NCBI GenBank assembly: GCA_964474045.1
Contig: CAYYRC010000009.1
Span: 1,256 to 65,255 of the forward strand
Direction: 5' to 3'
From: an uncultured Actinomycetes bacterium
GTDB taxonomy: Bacteria > Actinomycetota > Actinomycetes > S36-B12 > UBA10799
DNA: 64,000 bases
Part shown: in pieces, positions 8,581 through 16,657 of the stretch
How positions within the stretch are numbered: the stretch's first letter is position 1
How the letters are laid out: each line of letters starts with the position of its first letter
Notes under the pieces: model-generated
What the model was told of the DNA's origin: nothing
The model's input: only the letters and a program-made list of their open reading frames with translations
Databases searched by the model: none
Program-made: the position numbers and the translations under genes

Positions 8581-10293
8581 TCAGAAGTTCGCCCGCTGGG
8601 CGATCAGCGAGCCCCAGGCCCCCACCCCGGTGTTGATGCCCGGGCGCTGCGCCGGGTCCATCCACCGCAGCATCCACTCCATGTCGGCCTGTCCGACCGA
8701 GATGCAGCCACCGGTGGGCTCGCCGTTGCTGACGTGGAAGAAGAAGGCCGAGCCCGCCTCGCGGTTGCGCTCGACGTTGTAGTCAAGCGCCACTGCGTAG
8801 TTGTACGGCTGACCGATCCAGTGGAGGTTCTCGCTGCCGACACCGGGCGAGGCCTGGCTGCGGACGTGGGTGTTGTAGGTGGGACTGTTCTGGTCGCCGT
8901 CCCACCAGTCCCAGGAGTCGGCCTTGAAGTAGGGCATGCGGGTGCCGGGGTTGGCCAGGTTGCCGAACGCCTGCGACAGCGTCCACGGCCCTTGCGGGGT
9001 GCGGGCGGAGTAGGCGTCGGCCACGCCGGAGCCCTGCTCGCCGACGAACCCCGCCATCGGGCCGCGCACTTGTGCGAAGCGGCCGTCCGGCTGGCGCTGC
9101 CAGGCCGAGATCACCGCGGCGGTGGCGGCGTTGGCCGCCACGGTCACCGTGACCAGTTGGTTGGGGCCGGTCCAGTCCTTGGACGACTCAAGCTTCCGAG
9201 CGGGTAGCACGGCAGCAAGGTCGGCGGTCAGGGCCGTCAGGTCGATGATCAGATGCGCCTGGGTGGTGGTGTAGACGCAGATGTCGGCCGCCGCGTCGGA
9301 GGCGAGGACAGCGTAGTTCGCCTGGCTGCGGCCACCGGCGAACTGCAGTGCGGACGCGGTCGGCCGCGGCTGGTCGCAGGGGTAGGCGGTCAGGTGTCCC
9401 GCCCCGGCCGCTCCCGTCACGGTCAGGTTGAGCAGGGCCTTCGCGCCGGACACCCCGAGGTTGAGCCGCCGGACGCTGCCCGCAGCCATCGGCGCCCCCG
9501 GGTCCACCCGGGTGTCCAGCCGGCGCACTGGTGCCGCCACGACGATCCCGGGGGCGGTTCCGGTCAGGTCGAAGAGCAGGTGCGACGTGGAGGAGGTGTA
9601 GATGCAGAACTCGCCGGCGGCGTTGGTGCGCACGGCCGCGAAGTTGGCGATCACCTCACCGGCCAGGAAGTTCAGCGAGCTGGCCAGCGGCCGCGGCCCG
9701 TCGCAGGGATAGGCAGTGGCGAATCCCCCGTTCGCCGCGCGCACCGCCGTGAGGTTGCCCAGCACCGTCGTGGCGGCGCGACCCGTGCGCACCACCACGA
9801 CGCTGCCGCCGGAGATCGGCGCCGCGCCGTCGCCGGGCAGCCGGGTGTCCAGCACCCGCGCCGGTGAGCCGGCGTCCACCGCCCGCTCCGCGGAGGCGGT
9901 CAGGTCGAAGATCAAGTGGGCCGTCGTCGTCGTGAAGGCGCAGACGCCGCCGCTGGAGCCGGCACGGGCCATCGCCAGGTTGCCGACCGTCTGCCCCGCC
10001 CGGAAGTTCAGCGACGACATGGCCTGGCGCGGGCTGTCGCAGTCGAAGAGGACGGCATGGCCGTCCCCCTCCGGAGCCGTCACGATGAACTCCCCGAGCA
10101 CCGTCTGCCCCGCCGGCACGCCCGTCAGCACGCGCACAGTGGACCCGGCGGGAACCTTCGGCGGGTTCCCCGGCAGCGCCGCCGCCGATGCCGGGGCCGG
10201 CGCGGCGACGCCCGCAGCGGCAAGCCCCAGCAACCCTGCAGCTAGAGCCACCACCGGCCGCCGCCCCCACGCCCGCAGCACGCCACCCGACAT
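8581..10293 (-). CDS. secreted protein: three ~100-aa repeats plus a C-terminal L,D-transpeptidase-like (YkuD-type) catalytic domain
   Basis: Signal peptide MSGGVLRAWGRRPVVALAAGLLGLAAAGVAAPAPASA. Three repeats (9199-10137) share RxLDTR...NLT...YPCD...S(L)NF...AN...C.Y...H(L)..DLT. The C-terminus has FFFHVSNGEPTGGCISV (the H...GC active-site pattern). The start is ATG 10293. Confidence 0.65.
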   Translation of the reverse strand: MSGGVLRAWGRRPVVALAAGLLGLAAAGVAAPAPASAAALPGNPPKVPAGSTVRVLTGVPAGQTVLGEFIVTAPEGDGHAVLFDCDSPRQAMSSLNFRAGQTVGNLAMARAGSSGGVCAFTTTTAHLIFDLTASAERAVDAGSPARVLDTRLPGDGAAPISGGSVVVVRTGRAATTVLGNLTAVRAANGGFATAYPCDGPRPLASSLNFLAGEVIANFAAVRTNAAGEFCIYTSSTSHLLFDLTGTAPGIVVAAPVRRLDTRVDPGAPMAAGSVRRLNLGVSGAKALLNLTVTGAAGAGHLTAYPCDQPRPTASALQFAGGRSQANYAVLASDAAADICVYTTTQAHLIIDLTALTADLAAVLPARKLESSKDWTGPNQLVTVTVAANAATAAVISAWQRQPDGRFAQVRGPMAGFVGEQGSGVADAYSARTPQGPWTLSQAFGNLANPGTRMPYFKADSWDWWDGDQNSPTYNTHVRSQASPGVGSENLHWIGQPYNYAVALDYNVERNREAGSAFFFHVSNGEPTGGCISVGQADMEWMLRWMDPAQRPGINTGVGAWGSLIAQRANF

Positions 10294-10414
10294 GGGGTCA
10301 CCCCTTCCACGATGGGCACGGCGAGTCAGCACCGGGTCCCTGTGACCGAGGTTATCGGCCACGCAACGCCACCGCTGCAGTTCCGCACCCGGGCGCCGGC
10401 GCCGGGTCGCCGCC

Positions 10415-10904
10415 TTAGCTGGAGAGCGTGCCGATCTTGAACTCGGCGAGCTCCTGCGCAGGCTCGGACTGGCCGCTGTGCTGCTTGTTGAAGGCCTGGG
10501 TGGCATCGGTGCCGCACAGGTCGATGATGCGCTGAGCGCCCCCGGGGTGCTCGTTCTCCCACGCGGTCAGGTTGTAGACGTTGTTGCTGACCACCGCCCA
10601 ACAGTCGCCGGCGGTGGCGTGCTGCTGCACGTCCTGCATCGTGTAGGTACCGCTGCTGGCTGAGGCAGACGCGCTGGACTTGGCGGACTCCGCCGCCTCA
10701 CCTGACTCGGAAGCCTCGGCGGCTGCGGAGGTGGCGGTTGAGGCGACGGCCTTGGCCGAGCTCGCCGCGGCACTGGCGCTGGCGGTGGCGCTGGCGGTGG
10801 CGGTGGCGGTGGCGGATGAGGTCGAGCCCGAGCCGCAGGCGGCCAGGGACAGCGCCGCAACCCCGGCGGAGGGCGAGGGTGGCGACGGCGGGGCGGAGCG
10901 GCAT
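10415..10904 (-). CDS. cytochrome b5-like heme-binding lipoprotein (apparent +1 frameshift inside the signal peptide)
   Basis: The C-terminal domain has the HPGG motif and a second His (FNKQHSG), preceded by an Ala/Ser/Thr linker and the lipobox LSLAAC. ATG 10904 is preceded by GGAGG (7-nt spacer) but lies in the -1 frame relative to the lipobox and domain. The only in-frame start is ATG 11056, which adds ~60 non-signal residues. Confidence 0.6.
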
Positions 10905-10998
10905 GCGAAACCTCCGGAGACTAGGTGTGTGCGTGTCCACGGTACGCAGTCACCGCGCTCAGCAGGCAATCCGCCCCTGGCCCGGTCAGGATCGGCGC

Positions 10999-12003
10999 AT
11001 GACGCGTTTCGCCGTTTTCGACACCAAGCCGTACGACCGCCAGACCATCGGGCCACTCGCAGAGCAGGCCGGGGTCGACATCGCCTTCCACGAGTTCCGG
11101 CTGGACGAGGAGACCGTGCCGCTCGTCCGCGACGTCGACGGCGTCTGCGTGTTCGTCAACGACCATCTGACCGCCGACGTGATCGCCGCGCTGGCCGACT
11201 CCGGCGTGAGGCTGATCTCGCTGCGCTGCGCGGGATTCAACAATGTCGACCTGGCCGCGGCTCAGGCCAACGGCATCCGCGTCGTCCGGGTGCCGGCCTA
11301 CTCCCCCTACGCGGTGGCCGAACATGCCGTCGCGCTGCTCATGGCGCTCAACCGCAAGGTCGCCAAGGCCCACAACCGGGTGCACGAGCTGAACTTCTCA
11401 CTGCACGGTCTGGTGGGCTTCGACATCCATGGCAAGACCATCGGCATCATCGGCACAGGAAAGATCGGCAAGGTCGCCGCCCAGATCCTGTCGGGCTTCG
11501 GCACCACGGTGCTTCTCTACGACCCCTTCCCGGACGAGAGGTGGGCCAAGAAGAACGGGTTCACCTACCTCAGCTTGAAGGAGCTGGCGGAGCGCTCGGA
11601 CATCATCTCGCTGCACACCCCGCTCACGCCGGAGACGCTGCACCTGGTCGGTCCGCAGTTCCTGCGCACCGTCAAGCGCGGCGTCTACATCATCAACGTC
11701 AGCCGCGGGGCGCTGGTGGACACCAAAGCCCTCATCAAGGCCTTGAAGAAGGGACGCGTCGCCGGGGTCGCCCTGGACGTGTACGAGGAGGAGGAGGGGG
11801 TGTTCTTCGAGGACCACTCGGGGCACATCCTGCAGGACGACACCCTGGCGCGGCTGCTCACATTCCCCAACGTGGTGATCACGGCGCACCAGGCGTTCCT
11901 GACCGAGGAGGCGCTCAACGAGATCGCGGAGGTGACGGTGGAGAACATGCGCCGATTCGCGGCCGGGCAGAAGCCGTTGGCCGGCACGGTCCTGGAGGCC
12001 TAG
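10999..12003 (+). CDS. ldhA: D-lactate dehydrogenase / D-isomer-specific 2-hydroxyacid dehydrogenase
   Basis: 334 aa from MTRFAVFDTKPYD. It has the GIIGTGKIG NAD motif, and the SPYAVAEHAVALLMALNRK and ITAHQAFLT regions are typical of LdhA. Confidence 0.85.
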   Translation: MTRFAVFDTKPYDRQTIGPLAEQAGVDIAFHEFRLDEETVPLVRDVDGVCVFVNDHLTADVIAALADSGVRLISLRCAGFNNVDLAAAQANGIRVVRVPAYSPYAVAEHAVALLMALNRKVAKAHNRVHELNFSLHGLVGFDIHGKTIGIIGTGKIGKVAAQILSGFGTTVLLYDPFPDERWAKKNGFTYLSLKELAERSDIISLHTPLTPETLHLVGPQFLRTVKRGVYIINVSRGALVDTKALIKALKKGRVAGVALDVYEEEEGVFFEDHSGHILQDDTLARLLTFPNVVITAHQAFLTEEALNEIAEVTVENMRRFAAGQKPLAGTVLEA

Positions 12004-12027
12004 CCACCACTCGGTAGACGCATCGCC

Positions 12028-12057
12028 AAACAATCAACCTGCGTACGGATTGTTTTT
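12028..12057 (+). terminator. weak hairpin plus T-run downstream of ldhA
   Basis: AAACAATC / GATTGTTT 8-bp stem with a 12-nt loop, followed by TT. The stem is A/T-rich, so it is weak. Confidence 0.3.
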
Positions 12058-12065
12058 ACGGTTCG

Positions 12066-12084
12066 TTCATCTTGGCTTCACATT
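12066..12084 (+). promoter_or_regulatory. candidate PhoP/PhoR-type direct-repeat box upstream of pit
   Basis: TTCATCTT-GGC-TTCACATT is an 8-nt direct repeat at 11-nt periodicity. It lies in an unusually A/T-rich 243-bp intergenic region, ~165 nt upstream of the pit start. Confidence 0.25.
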
Positions 12085-12246
12085 GTCCCGATAAACATCG
12101 GCCACTAGGGGCCGACCTGCGTGAACAGACGCATACGCGTGCGGATTTCGTGCCACGATTCCTAACGAAAGCCTCATCCAGATTTAACAACGACAACCCA
12201 GCCAAACGGCTGGGACGAACCATTCCGACACTGCAAAGGGCCTCCA

Positions 12247-13530
12247 GTGGATCTCGCACTCCTCGCAGTCATAGGCATCGTCGCCTTGGCTCTCGTATTC
12301 GACTTCACGAACGGCTTCCACGACGCCGCAAACTCGGTCGGCACCGTGGTCGCGACGCGCGCGCTCCCCGTCAAGTGGGCACCCGCGTTCTCTGCGTTCT
12401 TCAACTTCGCGGCGCTCTTCATCGTCGGCACGGCCGTCGCCAACACCGTCAGCAAGACCGTCGACAAGTCGCACTCCTCCGTGGGTGTGATCTTCGCTGC
12501 GCTCTTCGCGGCCATCGCCTGGAACTACATCACCTGGTTCGTGGGCATGCCGTCCTCGTCCAGCCACGCCATCATCGGCGGCCTGGTGGGCGCCGGCATC
12601 GCCGCTGGCGGCATGGAGGCGATCGCCTGGGACAGTGTCAAGAAGACGGCCCTGTTCATCGTGATCTCGCCCCTCGTCGCCTTCGTGGTGGCGTTCCTGA
12701 TCATGTACCTCGTCTGGGCGATCCAGAAGCTGTTCAAGATGCATGACGACCACCCCGTGTTCAAGGGCGCCCAGTTGGTCTCGGCGGCCGCGCTGTCCTT
12801 CGGCCACGGCGCCAACGACGCGCAGAAGACCATGGGCGTCATCGGCGCACTGCTCCTGGGCGCGGGCTACATCGAGATGAACGGCAAGAACCTCGCCATC
12901 CCGCTGTGGGTCGAGATCGCCGCCTACACCGCCATCGCCATCGGCACGCTGTGGGGCGGGTGGAAGATCATCGAGACCATGGGCCTGAAGATCACCACCC
13001 TCCACGCCAACTCCGGCGCGGCCGCCAACGTCGGCGCGTCGGTGTCGATCTTCGGCGCCACCTACGGCTGGCTCTTCGGCTTCCACGCCCCCATCTCGAC
13101 CACCCACGCCGCGGCCAGCTCCGTGGTCGGCGCCGGTGTCGCCTCCGGCAAGGGAGCCAACTGGAAGGTCGTGGGCGAGATGGTCATCGCCTGGGTCGTC
13201 ACCATCCCGGCCGCCGCCACGGTCGGCTTCCTGGTGTACTGGCTGACGCAGCTACCCACCGTGCTGTCATGGATCGCGGTGGGAGCGCTGGTCCTCGCCT
13301 TCGGGACGTGGGTCGTCTGGGCAATGCGCAACAGCGTCCACGCCGCCGACATCGAGGAGGAGATCCCCACCGAGACCGAGCTGTCCGAGTTCGACACCGA
13401 CCCGGTGCCGCACCTGGTCGGCGGCGGCCCGGTGGGCGAGGGCCACGGCCTGGACTTCCACCTGGACAAGCCCGAGACCATCACCGGGCTGGACGAGGCT
13501 CCACGTTCGGAGCCTCCGGCCGGCAAGTAG
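12247..13530 (+). CDS. pit: inorganic phosphate transporter, PiT family
   Basis: 427 aa with the duplicated PiT signature (FDFTNGFHDAANSV and FGHGANDAQKTMG). It is multi-TM and starts at GTG. Confidence 0.9.
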   Translation: MDLALLAVIGIVALALVFDFTNGFHDAANSVGTVVATRALPVKWAPAFSAFFNFAALFIVGTAVANTVSKTVDKSHSSVGVIFAALFAAIAWNYITWFVGMPSSSSHAIIGGLVGAGIAAGGMEAIAWDSVKKTALFIVISPLVAFVVAFLIMYLVWAIQKLFKMHDDHPVFKGAQLVSAAALSFGHGANDAQKTMGVIGALLLGAGYIEMNGKNLAIPLWVEIAAYTAIAIGTLWGGWKIIETMGLKITTLHANSGAAANVGASVSIFGATYGWLFGFHAPISTTHAAASSVVGAGVASGKGANWKVVGEMVIAWVVTIPAAATVGFLVYWLTQLPTVLSWIAVGALVLAFGTWVVWAMRNSVHAADIEEEIPTETELSEFDTDPVPHLVGGGPVGEGHGLDFHLDKPETITGLDEAPRSEPPAGK

Positions 13531-13567
13531 CGGCTCCAACCGACACACTCGCCACCAGGGCGAGCAG

Positions 13568-13605
13568 CTGCGGCGCACAACCCGACACCGGGTTGTGCGC
13601 CGCAG
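13568..13605 (+). terminator. perfect 17-bp stem / 4-nt loop hairpin downstream of pit
   Basis: CTGCGGCGCACAACCCG-ACAC-CGGGTTGTGCGCCGCAG, followed by CACTTTGG (a short T run). Confidence 0.6.
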
Positions 13606-13628
13606 CACTTTGGTCCACCCTCGGACAC

Positions 13629-14009
13629 ATGGAGCAGGAGACTCAGAGCGCACCCTCCGAGTCCCACGACCGGATCGGAGCCCGGGTGCGCAGCGCGCTG
13701 AGCGGTATCCCCGCGCCGCTGCGCAAGGTGCTCGTCATCGTCGCGGGCTCCGTGCTCATCATCGTGGGGCTGGCGCTCGTCGTGCTGCCCGGCCCCTTCA
13801 CCTTGCCGCTGGTGATCGCCGGCGTCGCGGTCCTGTCCACCGAGTTCGCCTGGGCCTCTGCGGTGCTGGAGGAGGGGCAGCGCCGCAGCAAGGAGCTGAT
13901 CAGGATGCTGGCCAACCCCTGGGCGCTGCTCGCCGTGGTCATCCTGGTCGCGGCCGCCGCCCTGGCCGCCTACAGCTGGTGGCGACCGGGCTGGTGGCAC
14001 AGCGGGTGA
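13629..14009 (+). CDS. small two-TM membrane protein, PGPGW-domain-like
   Basis: 126 aa from MEQETQ. It has two hydrophobic hairpin segments with LVVLPGPFTLPLVIAG. The upstream part of the 367-aa track ORF overlaps pit and is not credible. Confidence 0.55.
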   Translation: MEQETQSAPSESHDRIGARVRSALSGIPAPLRKVLVIVAGSVLIIVGLALVVLPGPFTLPLVIAGVAVLSTEFAWASAVLEEGQRRSKELIRMLANPWALLAVVILVAAAALAAYSWWRPGWWHSG

Positions 14010-14013
14010 GCGG

Positions 14014-14772
14014 GTGAGCCTCGCGGAGCTGGCTCCGGGTGTGCTGGTGGCGACTGCCCGGACGTACAGCACCACCTCGACGGTGCTGCTCGACGGCCAC
14101 GGCGGCGCCGCGGTGATCGACCCGGCGTGGCATCCCGACGAGCTGGCCGCCCTGGCCGCCGAGGTGGCCGCGATGGGCCTAGCGTGCGCCTTGGGGGTGG
14201 CGACGCATGAGCACTACGACCACGTCCTGTGGCACCCGGGGCTCGGCGCAGTGCCGCGCTGGGCCAGCGCCGCCACAGTCGGGCGCTATGCCGCCGACCG
14301 CGGCGCCCTGCTGTCGCCGGCGGCGGAGTTCCTTACCCCCGAGCTGCTCGACCTGGCCGGCCGGGGGCTGCTGCCGCTTCCCGGTGCGGCGCTCCCCTGG
14401 TCCGGCCCCGAGGTCGAGGTGATCACGCACGACGCCCACGCGCCCGGGCACCTGGCGCTGCTCACCCATGGCGGGGTGCTCGTCGCCGGCGACATGTTGA
14501 GCGACATCGAGCTGCCGATGCCCGCCGACGACGACCAGACCCTGGACCGCTACCGAGGCGGGCTGGAGGCCCTGGCACGGGCGGTGTCCCGCGCCCGTTG
14601 GCTCATCCCCGGTCATGGCACCCCGACTGCCGAACCCCGGCGCCGCCTCGACGCTGATCGCCGGTACCTCGATGCGATCGCAGCCGGCAGGACGATCGAC
14701 GACCCCCGGGTCGCCTTGCCCGGAATGGCCGAGCTGCACGCGGCGAACCTGCGACGGGCAGCGGCGGGCTAG
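14014..14772 (+). CDS. MBL-fold metallo-hydrolase
   Basis: HEHYDH (HxHxDH) motif, downstream His (HDAHAPGH) and a C-terminal PGHG. Confidence 0.8.
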   Translation: MSLAELAPGVLVATARTYSTTSTVLLDGHGGAAVIDPAWHPDELAALAAEVAAMGLACALGVATHEHYDHVLWHPGLGAVPRWASAATVGRYAADRGALLSPAAEFLTPELLDLAGRGLLPLPGAALPWSGPEVEVITHDAHAPGHLALLTHGGVLVAGDMLSDIELPMPADDDQTLDRYRGGLEALARAVSRARWLIPGHGTPTAEPRRRLDADRRYLDAIAAGRTIDDPRVALPGMAELHAANLRRAAAG

Positions 14773-14837
14773 CGCGATTCGATAACGTCGGCCCGCTGGC
14801 CTACGCTGGCGGCGGAGCGGCAGCGAGCGGAGGTCCC

Positions 14838-15722
14838 ATGCAGTTCGACGACAGCAACCTGGATACCTCGCAGCTGGAGGACCGCCGCGGGGGCGGTGGC
14901 GGCGGCATGGGCGGGATGGTGGGCGCCGGCGCCGGCGGCCTGGGCATCATCGGCGTCATCATCGCGATCATCTACATGTTCATGGGCGGCGACCCGTCGA
15001 CCGTCATGGTGGGCACCGACGGCACCACGACGACCAGCGGCAGCAGCTCGCAGACCACGCAGGACATCGCAGCCACCTGCAAGACCCAGCAGGACATCAT
15101 GAACAACGACGCCTGCTTCGTGCTGAAGACCTTCAACGAGACGAACGAGGTCTGGCAGCAGAACCTGCAGGGCTACACGAATCCCAAACTCGTCTACTAC
15201 TCCGGGGGGACGCAGACGGGCGGCTGCGGCTCGGCCTCGTCCAACGCCGGGCCGTTCTACTGCCCCGCGGACCAGAAGGTGTACATCGACCTGAACTTCC
15301 TGAACCAGCTGCAGAAGCAGTACGGCCTGCCTGGACGCAACGCGCAGGCGTACATCGTGGCCCATGAGGTCGGCCATCACATCCAGCAGCAGACCGGCAT
15401 CGAGGCGAAGGTGCGCAAGCTGCAACAGCAGAACCCGTCGCAGGCAAACGCGTTGAGCGTGAAGATGGAACTGCAGGCCGACTGCCTGGCTGGCGTGTGG
15501 GCGCGCAAGGCCAACGACAACGGCAACGTGCGCATCACCCAGGACGAGTACAACCAGGCCCTAGTGGCCGCTGCGGCCGTGGGCGACGACGCGATCATGT
15601 CCAGCGCCGGCATGCGCGTCAACCAGGAGAAGTTCACCCATGGCAGTTCCGCTCAGCGCCAGCAGTGGTTCACCACCGGGTTCAGCACCGGCGATGCCAA
15701 CAAGTGCAACACCTTCGGCTGA
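14838..15722 (+). CDS. YpfJ-family neutral zinc metallopeptidase (membrane-anchored)
   Basis: N-terminus NLDTSQLEDRRGGGGGG followed by a TM segment. It has the HEVGHH (HExxH) motif and the C-terminal HGSSAQRQQWF typical of the family. Confidence 0.85.
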   Translation: MQFDDSNLDTSQLEDRRGGGGGGMGGMVGAGAGGLGIIGVIIAIIYMFMGGDPSTVMVGTDGTTTTSGSSSQTTQDIAATCKTQQDIMNNDACFVLKTFNETNEVWQQNLQGYTNPKLVYYSGGTQTGGCGSASSNAGPFYCPADQKVYIDLNFLNQLQKQYGLPGRNAQAYIVAHEVGHHIQQQTGIEAKVRKLQQQNPSQANALSVKMELQADCLAGVWARKANDNGNVRITQDEYNQALVAAAAVGDDAIMSSAGMRVNQEKFTHGSSAQRQQWFTTGFSTGDANKCNTFG

Positions 15723-15739
15723 GGCTGGCCCTCCCGCCC

Positions 15740-16501
15740 TCAGGCGGCCGACCAGCCGCCGTCGGCCGCCACGACCGCGCCGTTGACGTTGCCCGCCTCG
15801 GCGCAGCCCAGCCACGAGATCACCGAGGCGATCGCCTCCGGCTGAGCTATGGGCCCCATGACCCCCATGGAGGCCACGGCACGCTCCATGGCCCACTGCG
15901 AGACCGGCATGGCTGAGGCACCGATGCCGGTCGCCACCGGGCCGGGCAGCACGGCATTGCAGCGGATGCCCTGGGGGCCGTAGAAGTAGGCCACGTGGCG
16001 GACGAGGCCCAGCAGCGCGTGCTTGGACGCGGTGTAGGCCACGCCGGCCGTCCCGCCGCGCAGCGACGCCTCGGAGGCGACCATCACCACCGACCCCGTG
16101 CCCCGCTCGCGCATCCCTGGCAGCACCGCCCGCGTGAGCCGCATGGGCCCGTTGAGGTTGACAGCCAGGACATTGGCCCAGAGCTCGTCGGTGACTTCGT
16201 CCAGCGGCGCGAAGTGGTCCATGATCCCGGCCACGTTGGCGAGCAGATCAACGGGTGCGCCACCGACCTGGCCCAGGACGGCTTCGACGTCATCCTGGAC
16301 GGTGATGTCCGCGGTGACCGGCTCGGCGTGCAGGCCCTGGGCGGCGAGCAGGTCCTGCGTCTCGCCGAGGCCCGCGGCGTTGACGTCGCAGCCGATCACC
16401 CGGGCACCCTCGGCCGCCAGCTGCAGCACCGTCGCCCGGCCTATGCCCGACCCGGCGCCGGTGACGATCGCCGTCTGGCCGGCGTGGCGCTGTGCGTCCA
16501 T
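15740..16501 (-). CDS. SDR family oxidoreductase (classical)
   Basis: TGAGSGIGRA, NVAG, and S...YTASKHAL (intact Ser-Tyr-Lys triad). Confidence 0.85.
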   Translation of the reverse strand: MDAQRHAGQTAIVTGAGSGIGRATVLQLAAEGARVIGCDVNAAGLGETQDLLAAQGLHAEPVTADITVQDDVEAVLGQVGGAPVDLLANVAGIMDHFAPLDEVTDELWANVLAVNLNGPMRLTRAVLPGMRERGTGSVVMVASEASLRGGTAGVAYTASKHALLGLVRHVAYFYGPQGIRCNAVLPGPVATGIGASAMPVSQWAMERAVASMGVMGPIAQPEAIASVISWLGCAEAGNVNGAVVAADGGWSAA

Positions 16502-16657
16502 CGTTGTCCTCCTCGGATCGTCCGCCGGCGGTGGACGCCGGGCGTTGCAGGTTCGTCTCTCGGTGCCACCTGCGGTATCGACGCTACCCGCGGGCGGCGC
16601 CCGCCGGAAGTGTCCGCATCACGGCATGCCCCCCGGGCGCAACTATGCTCCGTTCGC

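Noticed and set aside
10294-10414. c-di-AMP (ydaO-type) riboswitch upstream of the L,D-transpeptidase-like cell-wall gene
   Set aside because: The gap is only 121 nt and part of it is the terminator-like GC palindrome of the upstream gene. I could not find the pseudo-twofold conserved ACGGGGA/CCCG-type segments expected of that riboswitch.
10775-10816. GGCGGT-type microsatellite, with a similar GCTGCG repeat at 23351-23385
   Set aside because: Both lie inside coding regions and simply encode low-complexity linkers ((A/T/S)n in the cytochrome b5 lipoprotein and (PQ)n in the methyltransferase tail). They are not independent regulatory repeats, although they may be length-variable.
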